Origin: a virus
Length of the DNA: 43,697 bases
IMG/VR virus record: IMGVR_UViG_3300012961_000002
Coordinates: 1 to 43,697 of that record
Strand: one strand, 5' to 3'
Part shown: positions 1-9,620 of the stretch, piece after piece
Layout: every line of letters begins with the position of its first letter
Numbering within the stretch: position 1 is the first letter of the stretch
Translations under genes and position numbers: made by a program
The notes under the pieces: generated by a model
Seen by the model: only the letters and a program-made list of their open reading frames with translations
Databases searched by the model: none
What the model was told of the DNA's origin: nothing

Positions 1-123
1 ACTCTCAACGATAACGGGTACTTCCTTGTATCCCGCACCGTTCTGTACACCGCACCCGTAGATACCGCAGCGCCTAGCGCTGCGTCCCTGGACAGCCCTG
101 GGGTTGCGTGGACCATTCTGGGC
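1..123. repeat. terminal overlap; nt 1-123 are identical to nt 43575-43697 (circular closure or assembly overlap)
   Basis: Direct comparison of both window ends gives 123/123 identical. The repeat lies inside the major tail protein ORF. Confidence 0.95.
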
Positions 124-588
124 CACATCGGCGACGAGACCGCGCAGGGAAACGTGGCTTTCACCCGCGAGGGTGGGGACGTTACCACCAAGGGTTCCAT
201 TACCAAGAAGGCTATTCGCCAGGTAGTTCAGGCCGTAGCTACAGGGTTCGATGTCGACGTCACCCAGTTCACGCGCGAGGTTATCGCGCTGTACGTAGGA
301 ACCACGGGCGGATCGACCGCCGGGGTTTTCCAGGTTGAGGGCCAGTACGATGGTCTCGCAACGGAGACCGCGGCTCTGGTCGTGTGGGAGGACGGCACGA
401 AGCGTGTCGGCCTGTACGCGCCTCGCGTTTCGTGGACGGGCCGTGACAATATCACGACCGACTCGATCGAGGACGCAATCGCGGTCCCGCTTCACGCGGC
501 ATTCCTGGATTCCAACACCATCGTTGGTCCGAACGCGAAGCCGCTCCGTTACGACTGGATCTCGCCCACGCTCATGCCTCTGAGCTGA
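1..588 (+). CDS. major tail protein (3' part; the ORF starts at ATG 43572 and continues across the circular junction)
   Basis: Frame 1 is open from nt 1 to TGA 586-588. The same frame opens at ATG 43572 behind a GGAG. The gene sits between neck genes and the tail chaperone pair and is followed by a strong hairpin terminator. Confidence 0.7.
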   Translation, partial: TLNDNGYFLVSRTVLYTAPVDTAAPSAASLDSPGVAWTILGHIGDETAQGNVAFTREGGDVTTKGSITKKAIRQVVQAVATGFDVDVTQFTREVIALYVGTTGGSTAGVFQVEGQYDGLATETAALVVWEDGTKRVGLYAPRVSWTGRDNITTDSIEDAIAVPLHAAFLDSNTIVGPNAKPLRYDWISPTLMPLS

Positions 589-626
589 TCCAGATTCACT
601 GCCGGACATAGGGCCGGTTTTAAGCT

Positions 627-673
627 CCCCGGGGCCCTCAACTGAGTCATGGCAGTAGAGGGCCCCGGGGTTT
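627..673 (+). terminator. intrinsic terminator/attenuator after the major tail gene
   Basis: Perfect 13-bp inverted repeat ccccggggccctc (627-639) / gagggccccgggg (658-670), followed by ttt. Confidence 0.7.
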
Positions 674-697
674 CCATGATGCTAGGGAGTGAATTAC

Positions 698-1048
698 ATG
701 ACTGCAATTGCTGAACTGCGTAAGAAGGCCGCGGAGAAGTTCGAGGGTTTTGTTATTGAGTTCGAGACGGACACGGTTCGTCTGAAGAACTTGATTGCCC
801 TGGACGAGAAGGAGACGGCCAAGTTCAATTCTATTCAGAAGCTTCTGACCGATCTGGACGAGAACGACGAAGACACGGACGTGGAGAACTACCGCGCCCA
901 GCTTGTGGACTGCCTGGTTTCGGTGGCGGAGGACAAGCGCAAGGCTCGCAAGTTCCTCGGTCCTGAGTCCGTCGCTCTGCTGATGGTCATCCTGGAGGAG
1001 TACGGCGCATCGATTGCCGCAGCCACGAAAAGCGAAGGCGCTGAGTGA
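698..1048 (+). CDS. tail assembly chaperone (G-like, zero-frame product)
   Basis: ATG 698 lies 8 nt after GGGAG. The protein is acidic and sits between the major tail protein and the tape measure. It overlaps the next ORF, as in G/GT pairs. Confidence 0.7.
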   Translation: MTAIAELRKKAAEKFEGFVIEFETDTVRLKNLIALDEKETAKFNSIQKLLTDLDENDEDTDVENYRAQLVDCLVSVAEDKRKARKFLGPESVALLMVILEEYGASIAAATKSEGAE

Positions 1049-1424
1049 TCTCCTAGAAGATTACGAGGGGCCACTGACCGCGGATTTCCAGCGGGTCTAC
1101 GGACTTCGTCTGGAGTCCGCGGTTCAGGAAAGGTCGTTCGATGAACTTCTGGACCTGATTAAGTGGCTGCCTCCGGGCAGCGCCTTCCAAGCTTCCCGGG
1201 AAGGAAAGCCTGAGCTGTACGCGTGGACTCAAAACGAGGATCTGCTGCTGGCACTGGCCAACCTTCTTATGTTCAATACGCACACCACGGCCCAGGTCGC
1301 TTCCTCGAAGCCGCTTCGAGCCCCGAAGATTATTCCGTCTCCCCGTGGCGACACGAAGTCCAGCGGTGACAAACAGGACCTGAACGCTATCGCGCGCGGG
1401 TTCCTGAACGCCCAGAAGGGGTGA
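1014..1424 (+). CDS. tail assembly chaperone, frameshift extension (T-like; lies in the +1/-2 frame relative to 698..1048)
   Basis: The ORF overlaps the end of the chaperone ORF, has no SD or ATG of its own, and ends 4 nt before the tape measure start. The frame relation is 698 mod 3 = 2 versus 1014 mod 3 = 0. Confidence 0.6.
   Translation: MPQPRKAKALSDLLEDYEGPLTADFQRVYGLRLESAVQERSFDELLDLIKWLPPGSAFQASREGKPELYAWTQNEDLLLALANLLMFNTHTTAQVASSKPLRAPKIIPSPRGDTKSSGDKQDLNAIARGFLNAQKG
1028..1031 (+). other. candidate slip site (A-run in ACG AAA AGC) for the chaperone frameshift
   Basis: This is the only homopolymer run inside the permissive overlap 984-1046. tRNA-Lys can re-pair AAA to AAA one nt downstream. 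Confidence 0.35.
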
Positions 1425-1428
1425 ACCG

Positions 1429-3984
1429 ATGGCAATCGTAGGTGTAGCTTCTGTCCGTATCAAGCCGGACCTGACCGAGTTCCGCAAGGAACTTAACGCG
1501 GGACTCAAGGCCATCAAGGCTGAGGTCTCCGTAAATTTGAAGCTTGACACCACGAAGGCCAAGGAAACCCTGGACCGGTTCAAGGCCGCGGTGGACGGCA
1601 AGGATCTAAACGCCAACCTTGATTTGAACACGACCAAGGCGCGCGTTTCGGTGGCGAAGCTCAAGGCGGAACTCGACTTTAAGAGCGTCTTCGCGTCGCT
1701 TAACAAGGGTCTGAGTTCCGCTACTTCGATCATGCTGAACCTCGCCAAGGCGGGCGCCGCTTTCGCGGTTACTCAGTCCGCGGTTTCTACGCTTGGTCCC
1801 ACGCTAGTTAGTGCCGCGGGTGCGGCAGCCTTGATTCCTGCCGCACTGATCGGTGCCGTGGGAATTATGGCTGCCCTCAAGCTCGGAGCCGATGGGGCAA
1901 AGAAGGCGTTCGAGGGTTTGACCCCGACGCTGGACAAGCTCAAGTCTCAGGTTTCGCAGTCCCTTCAGTCCGGCCTAACGCCGGGTGTGAACTCTTTGAA
2001 GGCGGCACTTCCAGGGCTTCGTGTCGGTCTTCAGTCGATCGCTATGGCTGCGGGTCAGGCATTCTCTCGTGTGGCCGCGGTACTTAACCAGCCCGGGAAT
2101 ACCGGCAAGGTAAACGGCATCTTCGTTCAGATGTCCATCGTCATTCAGAACGTGGGCAAGGCCCTAGCTTCGGTTCTTCAGGCGTTCATCAACATTGGCG
2201 CTATCGGTGCTCCGATCCTGGCTCAGCTGACCTCCGGAATCGGAGCCGCAGCCCAGAAGTTCGCGGCTTGGACCTCGTCGGCACAGGGAGCCCAGACGAT
2301 CCGTGACACGATCACGGTCGCTATCCAGGCATTCAAGACACTAGGCCAGATCATCGGGCAGGTGGTGGGTATCGCCACGAACCTGTTCACGGGACTCAGT
2401 TCCGGGGCGGGTGGCCTGGCCGGTACATTCCTTCCCGCGCTCAAGTCGATTAACCAGGCTCTCGGATCCGAGGGCATGCAGAAGGCCCTAGGCGGCATCG
2501 GTAACGCCCTGGCGACCGTAGGACAGGCCGTCGGCCAGACGCTGGGTTCGGTACTACAGACCGTGCTCCCGCTGCTGTCACAGGCCCTCCAGGCCGCTGC
2601 TCCGGGTGTTACTGCCCTGGTTAAGGGGTTCGGGGAGCTTGTCAAGGGAATCGCTCCGGCTCTTCCGGCCGTAGGTCAGCTAGCCGCAGTTCTTGGGGCA
2701 GGTCTTGGGCAGGTGGCTACAGCCCTGGGCCCGGTCCTCGGACAGCTAGCCTCGGTCCTGGCCGGTACCCTGGCTGAGGCTATTCCGCCCCTGGTCCCGG
2801 TTATCGTCACCTTGGTTCAGGCGATGGGCCAGATCCTGTCAGCGGTTGCGCCGCTGATCGGACCTCTGGTCCAGCTTGCAGCCGCGGCACTACAGCCGGT
2901 CCTGGCCGTGATCACGGCTTTGATTCCTCCGTTCGTGACTCTGGCTAATTCGGTTCTGGCCGCTCTTAAGCCCTTGATTCCGCCGCTGTCACAGGCGTTC
3001 GCTTCTCTGGGCCAGGCCCTCGGGCCTCTGGCCGGAGCGCTAGGAAATGCGATTGTGCAGATCTTCCAGGCGCTTCTACCGATCGTCGGGCCTTTGGTCG
3101 AAGTCGTTGTCTCCCTGGTTCAGGCTTTCATCCCGCTGATCCCGGTGATTACCTCCATCATTAATGTGGCGACACCAATCATTGCTCTGGTGGCTCAGAT
3201 CGCCGCTGCGATGATTAACCTACAGCTAAAGGCTCTTAAGCCCCTGATCGACGTTTTCGGTTTGGGCGCGGAGCTTATCGGCGCGTCGATGTCCTCGATC
3301 AATAACATTATCGCCACGGTCGTAGGCGCGGTTACCGGGCTGTTTTCGGGTCTTGTGTCCCGTATCTCCGGGGCGTGGTCTTCGATCTCGTCCACTGTGT
3401 CGAACGCGGTTAACAACGTTCGAAGCGCGATTGTGTCCAGGTTCGAAGAGGCAGTCTCGTTCGTCGGCTCGATCCCGGGCCGAATCCTCGGGGCTCTTGG
3501 AGACTTTGGATTGATGCTGTTCCGCGCGGGCAGTTCGATTATCCAGGGACTGATCGACGGTATTAAGTCCAAGATCAGCGCTGTCACAGGCGCAATCGGA
3601 GGCGTGCTCTCCGCGGCTCGCAATCTGCTTCCGTTCTCGCCCGCTAAGGAAGGGCCTTTCTCCGGAAAGGGCTGGACTCTGTATTCGGGCCGATCGATCT
3701 CTGAGGCTCTGGCCCAGGGTATCAAGGAGCGCGGAGGCCTGGCTGTGACCGCCATGGAAAACACCATGGCAGCAGTTCAGGGCGTGACGGCTGATCCTCA
3801 GTTCGGAACCTCGGTTAATGCCGCGGTCACGAACTCGGTCGACGCTGCCGCGTCGTTCACAGGAGCCCCGGTTACGGTTGTTGTCCAGGGCGATGCTGAT
3901 GGACTGGCCCAGTTTGTAACGGCCCATGTCGAAGAGAACAACCGAGACACTCGACGTTTCGTTAAGGCACGGAAGGGGGCCTAA
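1429..3984 (+). CDS. tape measure protein
   Basis: 851-aa ORF directly after the chaperone pair. It is extremely Ala/Gly/Leu-rich with repetitive helical segments, and its size fits a long non-contractile tail. Confidence 0.85.
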   Translation: MAIVGVASVRIKPDLTEFRKELNAGLKAIKAEVSVNLKLDTTKAKETLDRFKAAVDGKDLNANLDLNTTKARVSVAKLKAELDFKSVFASLNKGLSSATSIMLNLAKAGAAFAVTQSAVSTLGPTLVSAAGAAALIPAALIGAVGIMAALKLGADGAKKAFEGLTPTLDKLKSQVSQSLQSGLTPGVNSLKAALPGLRVGLQSIAMAAGQAFSRVAAVLNQPGNTGKVNGIFVQMSIVIQNVGKALASVLQAFINIGAIGAPILAQLTSGIGAAAQKFAAWTSSAQGAQTIRDTITVAIQAFKTLGQIIGQVVGIATNLFTGLSSGAGGLAGTFLPALKSINQALGSEGMQKALGGIGNALATVGQAVGQTLGSVLQTVLPLLSQALQAAAPGVTALVKGFGELVKGIAPALPAVGQLAAVLGAGLGQVATALGPVLGQLASVLAGTLAEAIPPLVPVIVTLVQAMGQILSAVAPLIGPLVQLAAAALQPVLAVITALIPPFVTLANSVLAALKPLIPPLSQAFASLGQALGPLAGALGNAIVQIFQALLPIVGPLVEVVVSLVQAFIPLIPVITSIINVATPIIALVAQIAAAMINLQLKALKPLIDVFGLGAELIGASMSSINNIIATVVGAVTGLFSGLVSRISGAWSSISSTVSNAVNNVRSAIVSRFEEAVSFVGSIPGRILGALGDFGLMLFRAGSSIIQGLIDGIKSKISAVTGAIGGVLSAARNLLPFSPAKEGPFSGKGWTLYSGRSISEALAQGIKERGGLAVTAMENTMAAVQGVTADPQFGTSVNAAVTNSVDAAASFTGAPVTVVVQGDADGLAQFVTAHVEENNRDTRRFVKARKGA

Positions 3985-5414
3985 TGGCTCTGTCCATCAC
4001 GGCAACCTACAATGACGATTTCGGCCGCGTGCAGATTTCGTTTACTGGTGCCAACACGGACGCCGACTACGCCAAGGTCGAATGGTCTAAGGACCAAATC
4101 ACCTGGTCCACCATCCGGGGCGGGGACGTTGTTCCCGTCTCGGCTGGTGCTGGGCACATCGACCATTACGACGGGTACGTGTTCGGGGTAGTGAACTATT
4201 ACCGGGTCACGGCTATCGACTCGGCTTCGGTCACGTCTCTGACCGCGGGGGCGTTCACCACGGGCAACAACTCGACCCTGGCCCCGCCGCTCCCGGGCGG
4301 CGTGGCTGCCGGGAACATGATGGTGCTCAAGGTCTCGCACCGGAACACCGCAGCTACGGTTACCACGCCCACGGGCTGGACTCGTATCGCGAGCGGGTCT
4401 GGTCACTTCGAGCACTTCTACCGCGCTTACCAGGCCGGGGATGCGGCGCCCTCAGTCGCGTTCTCGGGCGGCTCGGCCGGGGACTCGTGTTCGGCCCAGG
4501 TACTGGGTTGGATCAACGCGGGAACCCCGCTCCACGTCCAGACTCAGGTCAACACCTCGGCACAGGATGTCGCGTACCCGGGCGGAACTTCGCCCACCAA
4601 GAACACGGTTTGGCTCCTGGACGCCTGGAAGCAGTCGGCCGGTACCTCGGGCGCTACGGCGCCCCCTTCGTTCACGGATCAGCAGGGTGCGGCTAACACT
4701 GCCGGTGCCAACGGCGAAACTCACCTGTCGTGGCGTACGGATCAGGCTACGAACTTGAACTCGTTCACGTCCGGAGTTTCGGTGTGGACTGGCGGCTCCG
4801 CCGCGGTGTCCAAGGCTCGACTGCTACGTGTCCCGGTTCGTGACTTTACGGACCAGGGAACCACGTCAATGACCCCTGTGCTGCCTGGCCCGAACTCGAA
4901 GCCGTACTGGCTGATGAACCCGGGTCGCCCAGGCCAGAACATCAGGGTAGAGATTACCGGTTTCACGGAGATCACTCAGGGCGGAAAGACCGGGGTATTC
5001 GAGATTGTTGGGCGCTCCGCGCCTGTCATCGTCTCGGATATCATGGAATCGCCCGCGTACGAATTCACGATCGATGCTCCGGATAAGCAGGCCGCTAAGG
5101 AACTCGCTGCGCGAATCGCGCTTGGGGATCCTATGTATCTTCTGGTCGCGGACCCGAACGCCGATATCGATACGTTCTACTTCACGGCCTTGTCCCTGAA
5201 GCGAACGCTGGATGCTCCTATGTCCTCGTGGTCGGTTACGGTTTCGGCACGCGAGGTTTCGCAGCCTGCTCCGGCGGTTTACGGATCCACGTACATCTGG
5301 AACGACGTTACCTCGAACTACGCTTCGTGGACCGCGGTTCTGGCCGATCCTCAGAATACGTCGTGGTCGAACCTGGTGGACAAGATCTCCTCGTCCGTGA
5401 TTATCGTTCCGTAA
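3984..5414 (+). CDS. minor tail protein
   Basis: 476-aa ORF whose ATG overlaps the tape measure stop (TAATG). First gene after the tape measure. Confidence 0.6.
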   Translation: MALSITATYNDDFGRVQISFTGANTDADYAKVEWSKDQITWSTIRGGDVVPVSAGAGHIDHYDGYVFGVVNYYRVTAIDSASVTSLTAGAFTTGNNSTLAPPLPGGVAAGNMMVLKVSHRNTAATVTTPTGWTRIASGSGHFEHFYRAYQAGDAAPSVAFSGGSAGDSCSAQVLGWINAGTPLHVQTQVNTSAQDVAYPGGTSPTKNTVWLLDAWKQSAGTSGATAPPSFTDQQGAANTAGANGETHLSWRTDQATNLNSFTSGVSVWTGGSAAVSKARLLRVPVRDFTDQGTTSMTPVLPGPNSKPYWLMNPGRPGQNIRVEITGFTEITQGGKTGVFEIVGRSAPVIVSDIMESPAYEFTIDAPDKQAAKELAARIALGDPMYLLVADPNADIDTFYFTALSLKRTLDAPMSSWSVTVSAREVSQPAPAVYGSTYIWNDVTSNYASWTAVLADPQNTSWSNLVDKISSSVIIVP

Positions 5415-5423
5415 GGAGTTGCT

Positions 5424-6551
5424 GTGCGCCCCGTAACTGATTCTTTCCTGAACACGGTTCGGGGCCCACACAAGGCGGTATTCCGTGCCAGGCTGGTCTA
5501 CCCCTGGGTTGTCGGGGTAGACCCCAGCACGGCCGGACTCCCTCTCCAGGTTATTTCTGGGGACGTGACCGTGGATGTAAATTCGGACATCAATGGCACG
5601 ATGGACTTGGTCCTGGCCGAGCCGTTCGAGAACGTCAACGCGTACGCGCACGAGATCTACCTTGAGCGCGGAGTTCAGTACGCGAACGGGACAACCGAAT
5701 ACGTAGGACTGGGGTACTTCCGCGTTAACTCGGTCGAAGATGTAGTGATTCGCTCCAAGAAGTTTAGCGGTTCTGCCATCCGAATCTCGGGTGAGGACCG
5801 AATGGCCAACCTCAGGGACGGCCGGGTTCCCAGCCCGCTTCAGTTCGGAAGTTCAGCCTCGGTCGCGTCTGTGCTCGACTTCCTGATCACGGATGTTATG
5901 CCAGGTGTGACCACGGTGTACGATTCCACGGGTTGGCCTGGTGGTTCAGCCGCCGCGACCCTGCTCGGGTCTGATCACTTCGTGGATCAGGACCGTCTGG
6001 CGTTCATTCAGGAATTGGTCCGCGCGTACGGTAAGATTTGCTACTTCGACTATGCAGGCCGATTCGTGGTGAAGACACCGCCCACCACCACGGGAACCCC
6101 GGTGTTCAACATCAACGCCGGGGCCAATGGTGTCCTGGTCCGTGCGGCTCGAACCATTTCCAGGGACGGCGTCTATAACGCCGTTGTAGCTACGGGTGAG
6201 CCGGTCGGAGATCAGGTTCCGGTCTACGGTATCGCCTTCGATAATGATCCGGCCTCGCCCACGTTTTACGGTGGCGTGTTCGGGAAGGTGCCCAAGTTCT
6301 TTTCCTCGTCGTTCCTGACCACGGACGCACAGTGCGGTTCCGCGGCTCAGAACCTTCTGGACGCTACGCACGGGTTCCCGTACTCGGTTGCCCTGGGCCT
6401 GGTTCCTAACCCCGCCCTGGAAGCGTGGGACATCATTTCGGTGACGTACAGCGAGGGGTACACCGAGGTTCACATCATCGACACGATCAAGTATTCGATG
6501 TCCGTGGATGACGAAATGGAAATCCGGACCCGTAAGCAGTATCTGTACTGA
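5424..6551 (+). CDS. minor tail protein
   Basis: 375-aa ORF with a GTG start behind AAGGAG, second gene after the tape measure. Confidence 0.6.
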   Translation: MRPVTDSFLNTVRGPHKAVFRARLVYPWVVGVDPSTAGLPLQVISGDVTVDVNSDINGTMDLVLAEPFENVNAYAHEIYLERGVQYANGTTEYVGLGYFRVNSVEDVVIRSKKFSGSAIRISGEDRMANLRDGRVPSPLQFGSSASVASVLDFLITDVMPGVTTVYDSTGWPGGSAAATLLGSDHFVDQDRLAFIQELVRAYGKICYFDYAGRFVVKTPPTTTGTPVFNINAGANGVLVRAARTISRDGVYNAVVATGEPVGDQVPVYGIAFDNDPASPTFYGGVFGKVPKFFSSSFLTTDAQCGSAAQNLLDATHGFPYSVALGLVPNPALEAWDIISVTYSEGYTEVHIIDTIKYSMSVDDEMEIRTRKQYLY

Positions 6552-6560
6552 GGAGTAGGA

Positions 6561-7322
6561 ATGGCAACCGCCGCTGAAATTGCAGACCTGATCACGGCCG
6601 GGGTAATGGGCCCCCAGGGTTCTGACGATTCAGGTTGGCATCTCGGGCTTATCCTTTCGTGGGACAGTTCTACGGGTTTGAACTCGGTCCGTATCAACAA
6701 TGCTACGTTGACGAACCTGAAGGCTTTGACCCCGTCCCTGGGAACCGAATACCATGCCGGGCAGACGGTACTCGTGGTTCGTAAGCAGACCCAGTACTTT
6801 ATCCTAGGTCCCGTTCAGACGCCGGGAGCCGTGGGTTCGACACCGCCTAAGCAGGCGGACGGGAACGGGGGCACGTTCAGCGGGACCACGGGTACGTGGC
6901 GGGACCTTGACGCCGGAGCCTCGGTGAGTCCCTCGTTCACGGTAACCCTGGGCCAGTTCCAGCGATGCCTGTTCATGTGGGGCGCGTCGCACATCCGGAT
7001 GTGGGGCACCGAGGTTGAGGGCTCGCTCGTGGTTTCAAGCCCCGGCGGTCAGAACCAGCTAGCTACACCTGGGTTCTTCCTGGGGCAGTCGTACATGACC
7101 GGAAACCAGATCAGCGTCTCGAACAATATCCGGGTGCCCGCGTTCAAGTCTTTTCTAACCCAGGTAGCGGGGGCTAATGCCGTAGCCGCGAATAACGCGC
7201 TGGTCCCGGGTGTTCAGACCGTTTCCATCAAGTACAAGCTGACCATTCCCGCGGGTGCGGCCGGAGCCGGGACTCCCACATCCACGGTGTCTGACCCGTG
7301 GCTTATGGCCATCCCTTTCTGA
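6561..7322 (+). CDS. minor tail protein
   Basis: 253-aa ORF in the tail tip block, with an ATG behind GAGGAG. Confidence 0.5.
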   Translation: MATAAEIADLITAGVMGPQGSDDSGWHLGLILSWDSSTGLNSVRINNATLTNLKALTPSLGTEYHAGQTVLVVRKQTQYFILGPVQTPGAVGSTPPKQADGNGGTFSGTTGTWRDLDAGASVSPSFTVTLGQFQRCLFMWGASHIRMWGTEVEGSLVVSSPGGQNQLATPGFFLGQSYMTGNQISVSNNIRVPAFKSFLTQVAGANAVAANNALVPGVQTVSIKYKLTIPAGAAGAGTPTSTVSDPWLMAIPF

Positions 7323-7334
7323 TCGGAGTCGTTC

Positions 7335-7910
7335 ATGTCAGGAACTACGCCCACGTACGGGTTCCCGTATCCGACCGCGTCGGATACTCCGGCCGGGCAC
7401 ACCCAGATGCAGTCTCTGGCCACAGCTATCGAGGCCAAGTTCATCACGAACGACGCAGCCCTGATCGCTACCACGTCCCCTATCGCCAGGGGCAAGGTCG
7501 GGGAGGTAACCGGCAACTCGAACGTCGGAGTCACGACCACGGAGACCGTGATCTTTTCGTGCACGTTCACCGCGGTTGCTGGACGCAGGTACAAGTTTAC
7601 TTCGGACTTCGTGTACTACCAGGCCTCGGGCGGAGCCCCGATGGCGGACACGATGTACCAGAAGATCCGTGTCATTGCCGGGTCCACGCCTACGGCTACA
7701 GGTGGAACCGTGGTTCGCGGTAAGACGCCCAACTGTGCGCGAGACGCGCTGTTCTTGGTCGAGGACGGAACCCTGGTCGGATCGTGGGTTGCCCCGTCCT
7801 CGGGCACGTACGCGGCCTCGTTCACGGCGCGGATGCTGTCCGCCACGGGCGGTATCTACGGCGACGCGGATTCGAACTGGTGCCTCCTGGTAGAGGACGT
7901 AGGACTGTAA
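7335..7910 (+). CDS. minor tail protein (possible receptor-binding protein)
   Basis: 191-aa ORF, last gene of the tail block. Confidence 0.45.
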   Translation: MSGTTPTYGFPYPTASDTPAGHTQMQSLATAIEAKFITNDAALIATTSPIARGKVGEVTGNSNVGVTTTETVIFSCTFTAVAGRRYKFTSDFVYYQASGGAPMADTMYQKIRVIAGSTPTATGGTVVRGKTPNCARDALFLVEDGTLVGSWVAPSSGTYAASFTARMLSATGGIYGDADSNWCLLVEDVGL

Positions 7911-7927
7911 CAGACTAGGAGTGCCTA

Positions 7928-8272
7928 ATGCCTGATTGGATTGGCGCTCTCGGTCAACTCGGACCTATCGGTATCGCGCTTATCATTCTGCTTATCATGT
8001 GGGTTCTTAATCGTCAGACCACTCGCGGCTATCGCGAGGAGATCGCACGAATCAACAAGATCCATGACGATGAGATGGAAGAGTTGCGCGTTAACCGGGC
8101 CCGTGAACTCAGGGAACTACGGGACGAGATTTCGGGTCTCAAGGAAGAGATTCGTAATCTGCGGGAAGAGATGAACGCTGAGCGTATCGCTCGTCGTGCC
8201 GCCGAAGAGGCGGCGCACCGTTTGGCAATGGAGAAGTTGGTACGGGGAGGTTCAGGTGCGGAAGAGGGCTAA
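7928..8272 (+). CDS. membrane protein with N-terminal TM helix and charged coiled coil (holin-like candidate)
   Basis: TM segment IGALGQLGPIGIALIILLIMWVL followed by an E/R-rich heptad-like region. Lies upstream of the endolysin. Confidence 0.4.
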   Translation: MPDWIGALGQLGPIGIALIILLIMWVLNRQTTRGYREEIARINKIHDDEMEELRVNRARELRELRDEISGLKEEIRNLREEMNAERIARRAAEEAAHRLAMEKLVRGGSGAEEG

Positions 8273-8879
8273 TCCAGATCTGGATCCCCAGTTGGTCAGG
8301 ACCAGTTCCTTGCTGGCTCGAATTACGTTCGGGATTCTGATCGTGGTTGTTCTGTACATCGGTATTGGTACTTGGTACAACCTTCGAGCCAAGGAGTCCG
8401 CCCAGCAGCAGGCCGGGCAGGGCCAGGACCTCGCTGCGGCACTTCAGGCCGAATGTGCCAAGGGTCTCGAATTCTACGACAAGCACCGAGAACTGTGCGC
8501 CAAGGCAGCCAACCTGGACTCCCAGCCTCAGCAGCCTGGTACCGGTCCCCGAGGTGACCAGGGTCTGCGCGGAGAGAAGGGCGATCCCGGGGCCTCAGGT
8601 AGCCCAGGACAGCCCGGACTTAAGGGCGACACAGGAGATACCGGAGCCCCGGGTTTGAACGGCCTGGACGGCTCTCAGGGCTCTCAGGGCTCTAAGGGCG
8701 AGCAGGGGGACACAGGTCCCGCAGGTGGGCCCGGGCAGCAAGGCCCCAAGGGTGAAGATGCGCCCCGGATCACGGACGTTCACCTGGACATGGCCTCGTG
8801 CACAGGGACCATCACCCTATCGGACGGCTCGACTTTCCCGATCTCTATGACCGGGTGCGGGCCCGGAGGAGGAATCTAA
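8259..8879 (+). CDS. membrane-anchored collagen-like (Gly-X-Y) repeat protein
   Basis: GTG 8259 lies 5 nt after GGGGAGG. Has an N-terminal TM helix (ITFGILIVVVLYIGIG) and 24 uninterrupted G-X-Y triplets. Confidence 0.6.
   Translation, partial: RKRANPDLDPQLVRTSSLLARITFGILIVVVLYIGIGTWYNLRAKESAQQQAGQGQDLAAALQAECAKGLEFYDKHRELCAKAANLDSQPQQPGTGPRGDQGLRGEKGDPGASGSPGQPGLKGDTGDTGAPGLNGLDGSQGSQGSKGEQGDTGPAGGPGQQGPKGEDAPRITDVHLDMASCTGTITLSDGSTFPISMTGCGPGGGI
8547..8762 (+). repeat. collagen-like G-X-Y triplet repeat (24 triplets) within CDS 8259..8879
   Basis: Translation reads GPR GDQ GLR GEK GDP GAS GSP GQP GLK GDT GDT GAP GLN GLD GSQ GSQ GSK GEQ GDT GPA GGP GQQ GPK GED. Confidence 0.9.
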
Positions 8880-9611
8880 ATGCCGTACCTCACCAACCTG
8901 GCCGATGTGGCTAGGGGCGCGGGTCTGATCGTGGTTGAACAGGCCGGGTGGAAGACCCGGGGCCACGGCGCTATGACCGATGTACAGACCGTGACGTGCC
9001 ACCACACCGCAGGGCCCGCGACCGGTGATGCGCCTTCGCTTCAGGTGGTCCAGAACGGGCGCTCAGACCTGGCCGGTCCTCTGGCTCATTTCGTGCTCTC
9101 ACGCTCGGGCGTGGTGTACGTGGTGGCCGCGGGACAGTGCTGGCACACCGGCGCCACCCTTCAGCCTTGGCAGTCGAACGCGCACTCGATCGGTATCGAG
9201 GCCGAAGCTACAGGCAAGGATCCGTGGCCCGAGGTTCAGCTTGACGCTTATGCGCGCCTGTGCGCAGCGTTGTGCCGCGCGTTCGGGCTCTCGGTGTCCC
9301 GAGTCCTGGGCCACAAGGAAGTGTGCGCCCCGGTCGGGCGCAAGCCCGATCCCAACTTCGATATGAACGAATTCCGTGGTCGAGTGGCCACGGTTCTTAA
9401 CCCCCCGGCAGATTGGCTGAAGATGGCAACCCAGGCAGAGGTAAAGGCAGCGTTCGTCGAGGCACTGGAGGAGTTCTTCTGGTACAGGTACCCGGACGGC
9501 CGTAACCTGGTCGACGACACGAAGCAGCAGACCGGGTCGCTTCTGGGTCTTCAGGCCCAGCTCGATGAACTGATCGCAGCAGTCAAGGCCTCCAAGAACA
9601 CCGACGTCTGA
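8880..9611 (+). CDS. endolysin, N-acetylmuramoyl-L-alanine amidase (PGRP/amidase_2-like)
   Basis: Motifs TCHHTAG ... AHSIGIE ... GHKEVCAPVGRKPDPNF are typical of zinc amidase_2 domains. Last gene of the rightward unit. Confidence 0.75.
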   Translation: MPYLTNLADVARGAGLIVVEQAGWKTRGHGAMTDVQTVTCHHTAGPATGDAPSLQVVQNGRSDLAGPLAHFVLSRSGVVYVVAAGQCWHTGATLQPWQSNAHSIGIEAEATGKDPWPEVQLDAYARLCAALCRAFGLSVSRVLGHKEVCAPVGRKPDPNFDMNEFRGRVATVLNPPADWLKMATQAEVKAAFVEALEEFFWYRYPDGRNLVDDTKQQTGSLLGLQAQLDELIAAVKASKNTDV

Positions 9612-9620
9612 CACGAAGAT

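Noticed and set aside
1-123. A true direct terminal repeat marking the physical genome ends.
   Set aside because: The repeat starts 3 nt after the ATG of the major tail gene and lies wholly inside that ORF. An assembly overlap or arbitrary linearisation is more plausible. Read-end analysis is needed to settle this.
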